A DNA stretch of 63,217 nucleotides, filler included, from Folioceros fuciformis (Eukaryota), in NCBI GenBank assembly GCA_049999805.1. It is 20 parts of 20 records of this genome, joined end to end, with 100 filler letters (N's around TTAATTAATTAA, not from the genome) between each part and the next. Parts side by side here need not be neighbours in the genome. Positions count along the whole stretch, not along the records: positions 8,199 to 12,170 come from JBNGIO010006981.1; positions 12,271 to 17,281 come from JBNGIO010006982.1; positions 17,382 to 21,522 come from JBNGIO010006983.1; positions 21,623 to 23,174 come from JBNGIO010006984.1; positions 23,275 to 31,259 come from JBNGIO010006985.1; 15 more parts are not named here. One strand, 5' to 3'. Both the position numbers and the translations under genes were made by a program. Every line of letters begins with the position of its first letter. Positions within the stretch are counted from its first letter, which is position 1. Below are positions 11,270 through 23,276 of this stretch, in pieces. Under the pieces are notes generated by a model, which worked only from the letters and a program-made list of their open reading frames with translations, ran no database searches and was not told where the DNA came from.

Positions 11270-11979
11270 TTCTGAGACGCAAGGCTTATTTAACTCGCAA
11301 TTGTGTTATCTTGAGGCCTGGTTTCTTTCGTAGTCCATCTGGCTGAACCAGATGGGCACAACGCGATACAGCATCTTGTGCCTGGATCGTGATTTAGTAT
11401 CCTGCGTCCCCGGTGGAGTTAACCTAATCGGAGAGGTACACATGTACCTGGTTCGTCTTCTGGTTTGAGACGCGAATTTTAGGGGATGAGGCGCGTATTA
11501 GGGCGCAGATTACCGATGGGAGCCCTGGAGGAGAGAGGGGGAAGGAGGCTCGGGGCGCCTTCCTACCTTTTTCACGACCCCACGTCTGGGCTGGCCCGCA
11601 GCTGGCAACGGCGCAGACGTAGGGCGCGGGATCAGAGAGCTCTTGAGATGGCAGACAAGGGCGTGATGCGCCAGTAGAAAGGGTTGATTGGTGCCGTGCT
11701 GTATGACACGGAATGCAATAAAGTTTGGGGCGGATCTGGTAGACTTTGTGTGCTCTCTTGTATGTATAAGAAGGCGAGAGCGAAAATGCGAGTTTCTCCT
11801 GCGTCTTGGAGCCCTCTCTTGTTCTCCTCCGCCATGTCCGCTGCGGAGTAGTGTAGATTTAGAGTAGACGGGAAGAAGGGGGGCGAGGGTACGGCGTTGA
11901 GCCTTCTGGGTCGTGGTGCTTCGTCCAGGTTTTGGTGGGTGGTTGAGGTGGGATCTGGATTTGTACCAGGGAGCCAGTC

Positions 11980-12170
11980 ATGGCGCTGAAGCATGTGAGG
12001 CCCGAGAAGCGGGTGCCCGCTTTTCACCTCATGGTGACGGGGGTGATCTTCGTCGTGGTGTTTCTCATTGCTGTTTGGGTGTTCAGCTCGCCGGCCGAGG
12101 TGCAGCCGGAGGAGAAGGGAGATGTGTCGAGGGCGGATGCCGTGGGGCTCGAGAGTGGGGAGGATCTGCC
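11980..12170 (+). CDS. 5' end of a type II membrane protein, possibly a PMT-family Golgi methyltransferase; truncated
   Basis: MALKHVRPEKR, then a single hydrophobic anchor (VTGVIFVVVFLIAVWVFSS) and an acidic stem. The catalytic region is missing, so the family is a guess. Confidence 0.45.
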
Positions 12171-12270
12171 NNNNNNNNNNNNNNNNNNNNNNNNNNNNNN
12201 NNNNNNNNNNNNNNTTAATTAATTAANNNNNNNNNNNNNNNNNNNNNNNNNNNNNNNNNNNNNNNNNNNN

Positions 12271-13038
12271 GATAATGATCTTGGATCGAGTAGGTTTGGG
12301 TACGGCCTTCAAACTGTCAATGTCTCTAGGTCTCCGGATCCGTATGCCTTTGCCTCCATCGCTTGGCTGGGTTGTTCCCGCACCTCCTCCATCACACGAG
12401 GTCTCGGCATCCGCCCTAGAAGAGGCCCCTATGCTTGCCGCATATAGGGCCCCCGCACCCTCCCCATACGAGGTCATGTCGTATGGCCCATGCGGGGTGC
12501 CCATGTCGTACGGGGTCATCCTATATGGTCCATGGGAGAGGCCCATGTGTGGGACATACGAGGCCACCCCATATGGGGTCCCCGCATCCTCCGCATTGCA
12601 GGTCCCCTCATACGGCCTATAGGAGGCGTTCATGTCGTACGGGGTCCCTAGGTATGCCCCATGGGAGAGGCCCATGTGTGGGTTATATGAGCTCCCTCCG
12701 CTCGCCCCGTACGAGCTCAAGGTCCCTACACCTGCACCTACACTTTCTCCAACTCCAACTCCAACTTGATTATAAGAGTTTGCACCTACCCCATGTGTTC
12801 TTGCACTTGTTGCTCCTGCTCCATGGTAAGAGTCCGCATGCACTCCATATGTTCTTGCACCTGCCATCTCGCTAGTATGACCTTGCCAGGATGCAGGATG
12901 TTCCACACGGCCATTGCCTATGCCGGTTTGCATCCCTTGGCCGCGACCCCAAACCTGACTCTGCTTTGGACCTTGGTCGTAAATATGAGGCAAGTCGGGG
13001 TCTCCATCTGCATTGCCTCCTACGCTCCTTTCGAACAT
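12271..13038 (-). CDS. Gly/Tyr/Pro-rich repetitive ORF, 3'-truncated; possibly transposon-associated
   Basis: Repeated PHMGLSHG(A/P)Y..TPYDM units with about 120-nt period; open to the contig edge. Confidence 0.35.
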
Positions 13039-13399
13039 GGTGATCGCTCAAGCACGAATTCAAAATCCTTGGAACAAATGCCGAAATAGCCCACGTAAAA
13101 CTCAAGATATATGGCACCTTATAGGGTGAAAAATGACAAGACACCCTTAAGCCAAAGCCCAAGAGATGTCTTAAGAAAGGGGAAGAAGTCCAACGTAATC
13201 CACATAAGAACAGAGAGAGAGATTTATATAGGCTAGGCATTGTCCCATTCAAATGTAGGTATACCTTTTATAAGCGCGTGTGTGTCTATAGGGAGTTAAA
13301 AGCCCTAGGGCATTATTCACACTCAGCTCTTTGATTACCCTGGTCTTCCCGCAAGGTGTGGAGTGTGTGGTCTGACTAACCATCTAAAGCTAGATTGTC

Positions 13400-16300
13400 C
13401 GCTCCGCTCAGGTCCAAAAGGCAAGAGTGTCAACTCAGCGAAGACTCAGTCTGAACCCCTACCAGGGTTTCAAGGAATACAGAAGAAGCCTTGGAGAGCT
13501 AACTTGGCAACGCAACGATGGGCTCGCTGAATCCAAGAAGACTTCTTCTCGAGGTTTGTAGACGCAACCATCACTCAGGTGAAAATCTGTGGTCATGAGT
13601 CTGTGGTCATGAGGAAGAAGGTGGAGAACACCTTCTACTATCGAAAGGGGAGGAGATGCAGGCTTTACCTACTCGATCACTGTAGCTAGGAGTCAGAAAG
13701 GATGTTCGTTTGGTCGGGCTGTGAGAGACTATAAGGAGGAGGGCCATGAGTATTGTTCAAGAGGGTCTGGGCGTGGGTGCAGACTCCGCAAGTAAGCTTT
13801 CAAAGGAGGCCAGGTTCAGCGCAATCTGTCATCGAGTCGAAGGTTCCGCTGGACTTGGGGAGGGAGTGTCGGATCCCAATCAAAGATGCTAAGTTCGGTA
13901 GAGGCCGGGTCACCCTTGCTACCAGAATAGCATTTAAAGCTCACCTGGGCTTCTTCGGATTGCGAATCTCGCTGATCACAATTCCTAACCTCGCCGATCA
14001 CAATTAAGCTTCTAGGAGATGAGATGGAAGAGGACATGGAGGAAGACCGGGCTGTGCCGATGGACGTCGAGACTCGGGAAGCGGCTCCCTCCCTTCGTTC
14101 GGGTCCGCAAGAAGGTCTGGTTCAACAGGAGTAGATGTTGGTTGCCGAGACGACAAGTATGGGCACTAAATCCGAACTCAGGGTGTCGGCATGGGTAAAG
14201 GCGGTGCAGGGTGGTTCCTCTTCTCAACAGAGATCCTCAGGTGACTTAAGAGTCGGGCCGGCAGGAGGCAAGGTGTGTCGTGATGCAGGTTGTGGGCCGA
14301 CTGGGTTACATAAGAGCACACCCTCCTCAGCGCCGAAGGCAAGTCTAGGCTACTCCCAACTGCTTGGGTCAAGTCTCGCAAAACCGCTACGAGCAGGCGC
14401 AGGAGCCAAGGAGCTGGAACTCTTGATGAGATCTCAGCAGATTTCGGGCGGCAAAAACTGTAAGGGTGCAGGGCGAGGAAAGGAAAGAAGTTAGGTGAAC
14501 CTCTGTTGCGCAAGGCGCAAGACAGAGCTCCCTCAATTTGCAAGGACCAGGTAGCCGGTGATTCTCCCTGCTGCGAGGACGTGAGTAGAGTTCTTGGTAG
14601 CTACCTGTCAGGACGGCCAGGGGAGCATGCATGGCTGGACAGATCGAGCTCCAAGGCTAGAGGTGGTGTGAGCAGCTGGCATACTCCTCTTTACGAGGAA
14701 GGCAAGGAGCGGATCGCGTCTCAGCAGGAAGGCGAGCAAGAGGGCCTTGGGTATGCCTCGTTTCGGGTGGAGCAACGGGAACCTGACCCCAAACAGGTAG
14801 TCTTCCCCCCTGGGCAGGATTTGGTCCACCATCTCCCTGGTGCGGTGACTGACGTGCTGGTGGCTGGAGCGCTTGGTGGAGCTACACGCTTCCTTTCAAG
14901 GGAAGGAATCCATTAGGATAGAAACAACTAGGTTGTTCCTGAGTCTGGGGGCACCAGTCGGTGTGAATCGCAACGGGGTGGAGTGGCTGAGGGTGAAGAG
15001 CTGTTCTCACATCGGCTCCAGTTCTCGCCCTTGGAATAGAAAAGACCCCATAGGCCTTCTGGGGGAGAAACAACCTCGGGCGGTGGAAGTGTTGTGCAGC
15101 TCAAGGTTTACGGCGAGCCCAAGCGGGCCTTGGGTCCACAAGGAGACTTGGATCAGCAGGAGCAGGTGGAATTTCCCTCGAGGTCAAGAGTCGATGCTGC
15201 TCACGACCGCAGGTTGGCGACAGGTGCAAGAACGGGGCAGGGGGACGCCGCTTCTCAGCAGAGCCTTGCAGGCAATGCACGAAATGGGCCGGTAGGCTGG
15301 CTGGCGCTTTGTGCTCCAGGCCGCGGGCCAACAGGGCTACTCAGGAGCACCCCCTCCGCATCACCGGAGACAGGCCCAGGCTGCTGCCAGCTATCGGGGT
15401 CTCCTCTTGCACAAGCACAGCGACTAGGTGCAGGAGTCCTTGTGTCGGGATAGTTGCCACAAATTTTCACTGTGGAACAAATCCTGTGGTGCCTTAGCCC
15501 GATTGCTAACCTGCTCGCATCCCAGACCTTAGTGCAAGGGTGATTGATTTTGGCCAACCGGAGTGCATGACGGGCAAGAGCCTGGGGGGACCTCATGGGG
15601 AGCCTTTGGACAACCCTTCACCAGATGGAAACAGGAGGAAAGGAGGCTGCGTGGATAGTCCACACTCCAGGGCGACTGTTCCAAGCCAATCGGACTGCAA
15701 GACGGGCAAGCACCTGGTGGGAACTCTCGGGTCGCCACAAGCGGTGGTACCATAGGAGGTTCTCCAGCGAGATTCTCAGGGGTCTCCTGCTGGACTTAGT
15801 GGGGAATTCGGTGCCTGGGTGACTGTTCCAAGCCAATCGGATTGCTTGAAGGGTAAGCACCTGGCGGGAACTCCCAAGGCACCTCCGGATAAGCTCACAC
15901 GCGAAGGAATTAGGAGCGAAAGAGGTGGCGAGCTGATTTCTGGCACATGAGGCTGCAGGAGACGAAGTTCGCAGCACGACTCCGTGGCAAACCTTACAGT
16001 GCCAGTTCTGGGCGGGCATCAGTCCCTGGGCGAGGAGCTGGAAGGGTGTTTTGTGACGCTGAAGGGAGGAACGGAAGAGGGTGATGGATGCACCAAGCCG
16101 ACCAGGGCGAACATTGTGCCTTGGCAAGTTCTGTACCCTTCCAACGAGGACAGACTTGCCGGGCTTCCGCAAGCGTCTGCTCAGAGGTCTCCGGCTAGGC
16201 ACAGTGATGGTGTTAGCAATTTCGAGCCAGCTCCAGGCCATACTGGGAACAAGTGGCATGGATTGCGCCTTCGCAAAACTGGTGGCAGAGGGAGGGAATT

Positions 16301-17030
16301 CGACAGCAGCTGGTGTAGGAGGTTTAGGTGAACGTGCACACCTGCTCGTGAAGGATTCTAAGGAGGGCGGCGGTTTTAGTTCTTTGGCTGCCCATGCAAA
16401 CTCGGGAGGCGAGTCTGCATCTGCTCCAGGCGGAACTGCAACCGAGTCTGGCAAGACTTGCACCGACTCAAAAGCGTTGGCAGAGTATGGGCGTCTAGAA
16501 ATCTCTGGGGCAGGCTCTCCCAGTAAGGGGCACGCACCTAACCACCTGGAGTCGATGACGTGGGCCAATTCGGTGGGTGGCATGGATGAGAGCATAAAGG
16601 AGCCTGACCAGCTGCCTGGGTGGGGGTACAATCGTTACCACCAAGATGGAGAGCAGCAGCTAGATCGACATCTCGGGCACGCGGAACCGGAAGGGCGGTC
16701 TACAACACTGAAGGGAGGAACAAACAAGGGTGATGGAAGCACCAAGCTGACCCGGGCGGACAGCGCTTGGCAAGTTATGTGCCTTTCCAACGATGATAGG
16801 CTTGCTGTAACCGAGTCTGGCAAGAATGGCACCGACCCAAAAGCGATGGCAGAGTATGGGAGCATGGAAGTATCTGGAGCAGGCTTTCCCAGCAAGTGTC
16901 ACGCACCTAACCACCTAGAGTCGACAAGGTGGGCAAATTCGGTGGTTGGCGAGGAAGAGAGCATAAAGGATTCTGACCACCTGTCTGGGTGGGGGTGCTG
17001 TCGTTATCGCCTGGAAAGCAGCACCTAGCT
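13400..17030 (+). mobile_element. Degenerate repeat-rich element, probably a decayed retroelement ORF1-like region
   Basis: Diverged internal direct duplications (14290-14410 vs 15325-15440; 15670-15730 vs 15817-15875; 16055-16640 vs 16705-17010), a frameshifted zinc-knuckle-like relic near 13718-13757, and interrupted ORFs. No RT or transposase motif seen. Confidence 0.35.
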
Positions 17031-17032
17031 AA

Positions 17033-17281
17033 TGCCTCGGCAGGACAGGCGTGGCTAATGACAAGCCTCAGTAGGACAGGCGTGGCTACTTACGTTGAGT
17101 GACAAGCCTCAGCAGGACAGGCGTGGCTACTTACGTTGAGTGACAAGCCTCGGCAGGACAGGCGTGGCTACTTACGTTGAGTGACAAGCCTCGGCAGGAC
17201 AGGCGTGGCTACTTACGTTGAGTGACAAGCCTCGGCAGGACAGGCGTGGCTACTTACGTTGAGTGACAAGCCTCGGCAGGA
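17033..17281. repeat. 41-bp minisatellite, about 6 copies, running into the contig end
   Basis: Unit gacaagcctcggcaggacaggcgtggctacttacgttgagt repeated with no spacers. Confidence 0.95.
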
Positions 17282-17772
17282 NNNNNNNNNNNNNNNNNNN
17301 NNNNNNNNNNNNNNNNNNNNNNNNNTTAATTAATTAANNNNNNNNNNNNNNNNNNNNNNNNNNNNNNNNNNNNNNNNNNNNATAACATTTCTCTCTAGAT
17401 GGCACCTCCAAAGTTTGTCTTATATCATCATCCATAATAACGTTCTTAAATCATTACATATGAACAAGACTAACATAGTCTTGTCTCAGGCATATTTCAA
17501 AGGATGTCTATAGGGCTTAACTAAATCAGTGTTAGAAATACTTTTTAGAAATAACCATATGGATATTAAATTTTAAATATACCTATACCATCCAATTGTC
17601 AAATTATATTTAATAACATAAAAAATTATAATGAAAAAAGTTTTTTTCTAACTCACATACTTAAGTTTGAAAGGTCATAGAAAAAAAAAAACAACAACAA
17701 TAGCTCATGACTTAATTAAATATTTTGAATTAGTACACATTGTGTTGTGTACTCAAACAACACTATGAAGTG

Positions 17773-18852
17773 ATGGATGCACAGAATAAGCCACAAATTC
17801 TGCAACACATATACAAATCTCTTACTTCAACAGTATTTGATACTCTTTGGATGCCTAGTAGTGCAAGATTTGTTTTGCTAGGAGCTACTCCTCGAACTAA
17901 CGGATGTTTGCAAATATATGAGCTAGATGGTGCATCAGATCTCAAGTTGCTCAAAAGTGTTGAAAAAACAAACAGTTTCAAGTGTGGGACATTTGATGCT
18001 TCAAGTTTAATAGACCGACATCTTGCTACAGGGGACTTTAAAGGAAATCTTGACATATGGGACTTGGAGCGGCTCAGTTGTCCATTGTACCATGTTAAAG
18101 CTCACGATACTATAGTGAATGCTATAGATGGCTGTGGTGGCTTGAACATTGGCTATGGTGCACCAGAAATAGTGACAGGTGGGCGAGATGGCCGAGTATG
18201 CGTATGGGACCAGAGGCAAAACAATGACCCAGTTGCATCATTCGAACCAGAAAATAAAGACACCGCACGAGATTGCTGGGCAGTTGCATTCGGAAACTCA
18301 TACAACGATGAAGAGCGTTGCGTTTTAGCTGGCTACGACAATGGTGATGTGAAACTATTCGACCTCAGAGCATGCGCTATCAGATGGGAGACAAGTATGA
18401 AAAATGGAGTTTGTGGTGTGCAGTTTGATCGGAAAGACATCAAGATGAATAAGATTGTAGCAACTACACTAGAAGCACAGTTCAATGTCTACGATGTAAG
18501 GACTCATCATCCGGATAAAGGGTTTGCTAGCTTGACACAAAACTTGGAGCATGGCACCACAGTTTGGGGTGTTAAGCATTTGCCTCAAAATAGAGAGGTG
18601 TTTATGATTTTGGGTGGCGATGGTTCTTTAAATCTATATAAATATTCCTATCCCGATAAAAGATCGATGAAAGATGACAAAGGAAAAGAGTATGGCATAA
18701 TGGGTTCTTGTAATCTCCTATCATCCAAGTCGTTGTCTACACAACCAATTTGCTCTTTTAGTTGGAGCCCCGACAAAGAAGGGTTGTGTGTATTTGGATC
18801 TTTTGACCAATGTCTTAGAGTGGGAATTGTAACCAAATTGAATAAACTTTGA
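17773..18852 (+). CDS. WDR92: WD40 protein WDR92/DNAAF10 (axonemal dynein assembly factor), intronless
   Basis: [127 protein letters not shown]-terminus. Confidence 0.93.
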   Translation: MDAQNKPQILQHIYKSLTSTVFDTLWMPSSARFVLLGATPRTNGCLQIYELDGASDLKLLKSVEKTNSFKCGTFDASSLIDRHLATGDFKGNLDIWDLERLSCPLYHVKAHDTIVNAIDGCGGLNIGYGAPEIVTGGRDGRVCVWDQRQNNDPVASFEPENKDTARDCWAVAFGNSYNDEERCVLAGYDNGDVKLFDLRACAIRWETSMKNGVCGVQFDRKDIKMNKIVATTLEAQFNVYDVRTHHPDKGFASLTQNLEHGTTVWGVKHLPQNREVFMILGGDGSLNLYKYSYPDKRSMKDDKGKEYGIMGSCNLLSSKSLSTQPICSFSWSPDKEGLCVFGSFDQCLRVGIVTKLNKL

Positions 18853-19092
18853 AACAAGAAGGAGAGTCTTTCTTAAAGATTGGTATCTTGAGTCAACAAT
18901 TTAATTTACTTATACAAATTATATATATATATATATATTAATACATAAAATAAGTATAAATATGTACGTATATATGTGTGTACGTATGTACATGCACATG
19001 TATATGTATATGCATAAAATGAGCTTTGTAGCTTGGGTTGAGTGTCTTTAGCTTTGCCAATGATTTCTTGTTTCAAGCAAGTATGGAGAGTA

Positions 19093-19977
19093 ATGAAACG
19101 ATGGGGAAGGGGACTTTTACATAAAGGCCCAAGACCCCCAAAAAGAATACTGAGGGCATTACCTCAAGAAGATATAGATAGATTCAAGAATAAATACCCT
19201 TTCAGTAAATCCGAACTTATAAAATTGTACAATAAATTTCAGGTAAGCATTCAAGAATCATAGAATGCAATAAAACTTGGTGGGAGCACAAGAAATAAGG
19301 AACTGATGATCATTCAACTAGCAAGCAATAAACATCAAACTAAAACAAATGTAAGAACCTAACACTTTATGATGTCCTTTGGGAATACACAAGATGATAA
19401 GTGTCACAGGAGCAGATATAATCAACAAAGATGATTTGCTTCAAGTTGAAGAACTGCGCGCAAACCCTTTTGCATCGAGGATTTGCGACCTGTTCAGTGA
19501 GGATATGTCAGGAGTTTTGACCTTCGAGAAGTTTTTGAACATGATATCAGTTTTTTCCCCACACACGCTGCCGGAAATAAAAATGATCTGGGCATTTGCG
19601 ATATGGGATTTTGATGGAGATGATCTCATTGGCAAAGGTAATGTCAGCAAGCAAGCAGTAGGATTGTGCAATGGCTTGATCTTGGTGGAATGGGTTTGAA
19701 ACAAGACAAGTCATTCCCTCGTGGTGCAATATGTGCAGAGGACATTATGCATGGAATTGATCTTGTTACGTGTTCGACGCCTATGGTTCGCCCTTCACTT
19801 CATTTGTTGAAAAGAGTCCCATCCTCAGCAGGACTTGAGGAAAATGAACTTAGTATGTTGGCAGACCAAGTAGCCAAGGAAGTTGATCCTGAAAATACAG
19901 GTTTAGCTTATCATGACTTCCGTGGTATTTTAACTAGAATGCCTGATTTTATAAGTAATTTTTTGATTAATATATAA
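19093..19977 (+). CDS. Calcium- and integrin-binding (CIB)-type EF-hand protein; exons 19093-19242, 19394-19637, 19739-19977
   Basis: ELRANPFASRICDLFSED.SG.LTFE.FL.M.SVFS, AFAIWDFDGDDLIGKED and the C-terminal ILTRMPDFISNFLINI match the CIB pattern. GT-AG introns are phase-compatible. An alternative in-frame ATG lies at 19060. Confidence 0.8.
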
Positions 19978-20615
19978 AAACCCAATGTTTCAAATTTACA
20001 AAATCTTAGAACATATCTTGTCTCATTTCATATAAATCTAAATTTTTAAAAAAAAAATTGAATTGAAACACAATATTTTCTAATAGTCTACAAAATTATA
20101 TAACCAAAGTACATTACAAAAACAAGAAACTGGTGGTCCTAGATATGAGACCATCTGTTTTGCATGAAGTTTGTTGTGTTTTGGTTTTGAAGTTAATCCC
20201 TTTTGTGCTTCCCATATTAGTTTCGTAATTTGAGCATTTATTTTTAGCACGGTTGAGATGAGAGAGAATGCTACTATTAGTAAGGCTGTTCCAAGATGTT
20301 TATGTTTGAGAGGTTTTACTACTACAAAGCTTGGAGTACAACATTTGGTGATTGTTGTAGTTTGCCATAAAGTGGTAGTTTATAATTGCAGTTAAACTCT
20401 AAACATAAGAAGTCTACCCTACCCTAACTACCATGCTACCTTTCTTTTGGCATAAGAGGCATGTGACATAGTAACAGTTACGTCAGCTCAATTCCTTGGG
20501 CAGCAACTTCCTAGGGCAGCAACTTCCTAGCTAGTTGCAAGCCTGCAATTAGAAGCGTGTGTTTTCTAGAAGAGATTGTTCCATAACTGTAGCTTTTGTT
20601 TCATATGCTTGCAAG

Positions 20616-21356
20616 ATGGACATGAGATGGCAGCTTTGTATGACAGTGCTAGGCCTTTTGGTTGTAATCAACATTGTCCAAGCTACAGTAGCTCCAGCAC
20701 AATTTGAAGTTGGTGATGATGTTGGGTGGACTTTGCCCATTCTCTCTAATGTGAACTACACTTCATGGGCATCTAGTCATAAATACCATGTGGGCGACAC
20801 ACTAAGTAAGCATTCCAATCATTGACACTAGATGTATGAGCTTGGGTTCCAGCTTGGGCTCACACATTCTCTTGTCTCACCACTACAAACCAAACTTCCA
20901 AACGAAACATTGTAACCAAACTTGCTGCACATGTGCTACATTGTGGTTTCAACTTATTGACATGTTTCAAATCACTTGTATGCAGTATTCACATATGTGG
21001 GAGATGTTCACAATGTGGTGCAAGTAAGCTCACAAGAGGAGTACAATAGTTGTAACATCAACAATGCGATTGCCACACATAGTAGTGGAAAGACAGCTAT
21101 TACTCTCACTAAGCCTGGACCCTACTACTTCCTTTGTGGAACACCAGGCCATTGTGCTTTGGGACAAAAATTCACTCTTATTGCACTTCCTAGCACTCAA
21201 ACATCAGTGGGTTCTCCGACTGACTACAAATCCATGGATAGCTTTGGATCTCACAGCCCTACAGCCCAACCTCCTGGTAATAGTGGGGTGAACCAATTTG
21301 TTTCTTGGGCGATGTTACTAGGAGCTTTGTCTCTCTATTCAAGTTTGCTTATTTAG
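20616..21356 (+). CDS. Phytocyanin, stellacyanin type, with signal peptide and GPI-like tail; exons 20616-20805, 20986-21356
   Basis: VGDDVGW...Y.SWA...VGDTL|F.Y....HNVVQV..EY.SC and YYFLCGTPGHCALGQKF (ligands H, C, H, Q); S/P/T-rich linker; hydrophobic C-terminus. Confidence 0.92.
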
Positions 21357-23276
21357 TTTTAGTTTAGTGTCAATGGACAATATCGTAGTTATTCAACACA
21401 AGCACTACCTAGGTACTTACCTCCTACACTTTGTTAAGAGGTATAAAACATACTTGAAATTTTGATGCAGTAAAGGAATTGGTTTTCCATAGATATGTAC
21501 ATTACAGTCACACCTAGATGTANNNNNNNNNNNNNNNNNNNNNNNNNNNNNNNNNNNNNNNNNNNNTTAATTAATTAANNNNNNNNNNNNNNNNNNNNNN
21601 NNNNNNNNNNNNNNNNNNNNNNCCCTCGCCCTCGCCCTCTCCCTCTCCCTCTCCTCACCAAGGATCCGGGAATCCCACAACCTGCCGTGCCCGCTTACGA
21701 ACACATTCATACACACACCTTGTCGTGGCCTGGACAAAAAATATAGACGTTAGTTATTGTTGGGGCGTCCCGTGGCTTGCCTTGTCTCCTTACCTTACCT
21801 CCTACTCCGACCTACAACGACCTACAATCTCAGAAATAACAAACCCTTTCTACCAGTCAACCACCTTTTCGATCACCACAACTTGCACCTTGCACTTGCA
21901 CTTGTATGGATGCCACGGGCCAGTCGTGTACACACTATATGTATGCAGCAAACAACGAGGTCAAATGAGTCTAGGGTTTTCGGCTAGCGAAATTTTGCCT
22001 CCAACGTATGTACCGTATGCAGTCGACTAACTGAGTGAGGCAAGTACTGTACATCCGTATGTGGGTGAATCGGCGTCTTGTTCCTTCTTTGTTTCGAAGA
22101 CTCTACGTACATATATGTTCATACTTATCCCAGAGCGCCTCTCAGCCTGCTGAGCCTGTCCCGGTCCGGGTCCCGACGACAGAGGGAAGCACCAACAACA
22201 CGGACCGATATATTGCGGCTCACATCCCACATTCACGGCCTCGCAGTGACGCTCTGCAGTTATTACCACACTCCCTTTCAAAACAAAACTTGATCTTGTT
22301 ACCAGGACTCTACTTGCTCTCCCTCCCTCCGCGTCCACTGCTGTATTGGCGATGCCCTGACTCGACGGCCCCGGGCCCCCGGCCCCGCCCCTCCCGCGCG
22401 CGCGCGTCCCCGGGCCCTGCCTTCCTCTGCTCTGGCTCTGGCTCTGGCTCTGGCTCTGTCCCTGCTCTGCTCTGCTCTCTGTTGCTTTGTGATCAAAAGT
22501 GCAGTGGAAACTGAAGGATGCCGCTCCTGCGCAAAGCGAAGTGTGCACAACACCGAACCAAAAACGCAACCCGAGCTCATCACCAGGGTTTGGGGATTGG
22601 GATTTGGGCTCCCTGTCCCAGAACCCTATAATAGAATAGCAGTAGGAAGCCAGGCTGGCGGGCCTGTCCCACCCTCACCTCGGCAACACATGGATAGCCA
22701 CGTGTGGCCTGCGGAATCGTGCCTCAACATTCACACTGGCTTGACACTGGAGACTGGAGGCTAGGCTGGACTAGACCGGACTCTGGCCTCTGGCGCTGCC
22801 TTCTACCTCCGGACCTGCGTCCCTTGGCCTGGCCCTCTCACCTGCACCCTGCACCCTGCACCCTGCACCCTGCACCGCCATGCCACTCCACTACACAACG
22901 CCTTAAAGACTTGAAGGCCTTGCCCACCCCTATCCATGTCCATGCGCACCAGATAAGCGCATTCAAGGACAAAGGCACCTCGCGCCCGCACCCACACCCG
23001 CGCGCCCATGTACTTGTCGCACCCCGCTTCCCCCCGACGTACAGTACATCCTTACGTAACACGCATTTGACTGCGTGCGCCATCGCCCCTCAGGGGCCCT
23101 GCGGAGTCCAGGACGTTCCCTTCACCTTCATCTCGTTTCCATCGTCCCCTCCTCCAGGTCCTTTCCCCCCCCCANNNNNNNNNNNNNNNNNNNNNNNNNN
23201 NNNNNNNNNNNNNNNNNNTTAATTAATTAANNNNNNNNNNNNNNNNNNNNNNNNNNNNNNNNNNNNNNNNNNNNGC

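Noticed and set aside
17033..17281. Regular 41-bp repeats resembling a CRISPR array
   Set aside because: Units are contiguous with no unique spacers, there are no cas genes, and the context is eukaryotic. It is a minisatellite.
21623..23174. Gene-free contig (also 46959-48359 and 49690-50876) as a possible miRNA or ncRNA locus
   Set aside because: By eye I found no conserved plant miRNA, tRNA, snRNA or hammerhead motif, only simple repeats. A covariance-model search would be needed to exclude them.
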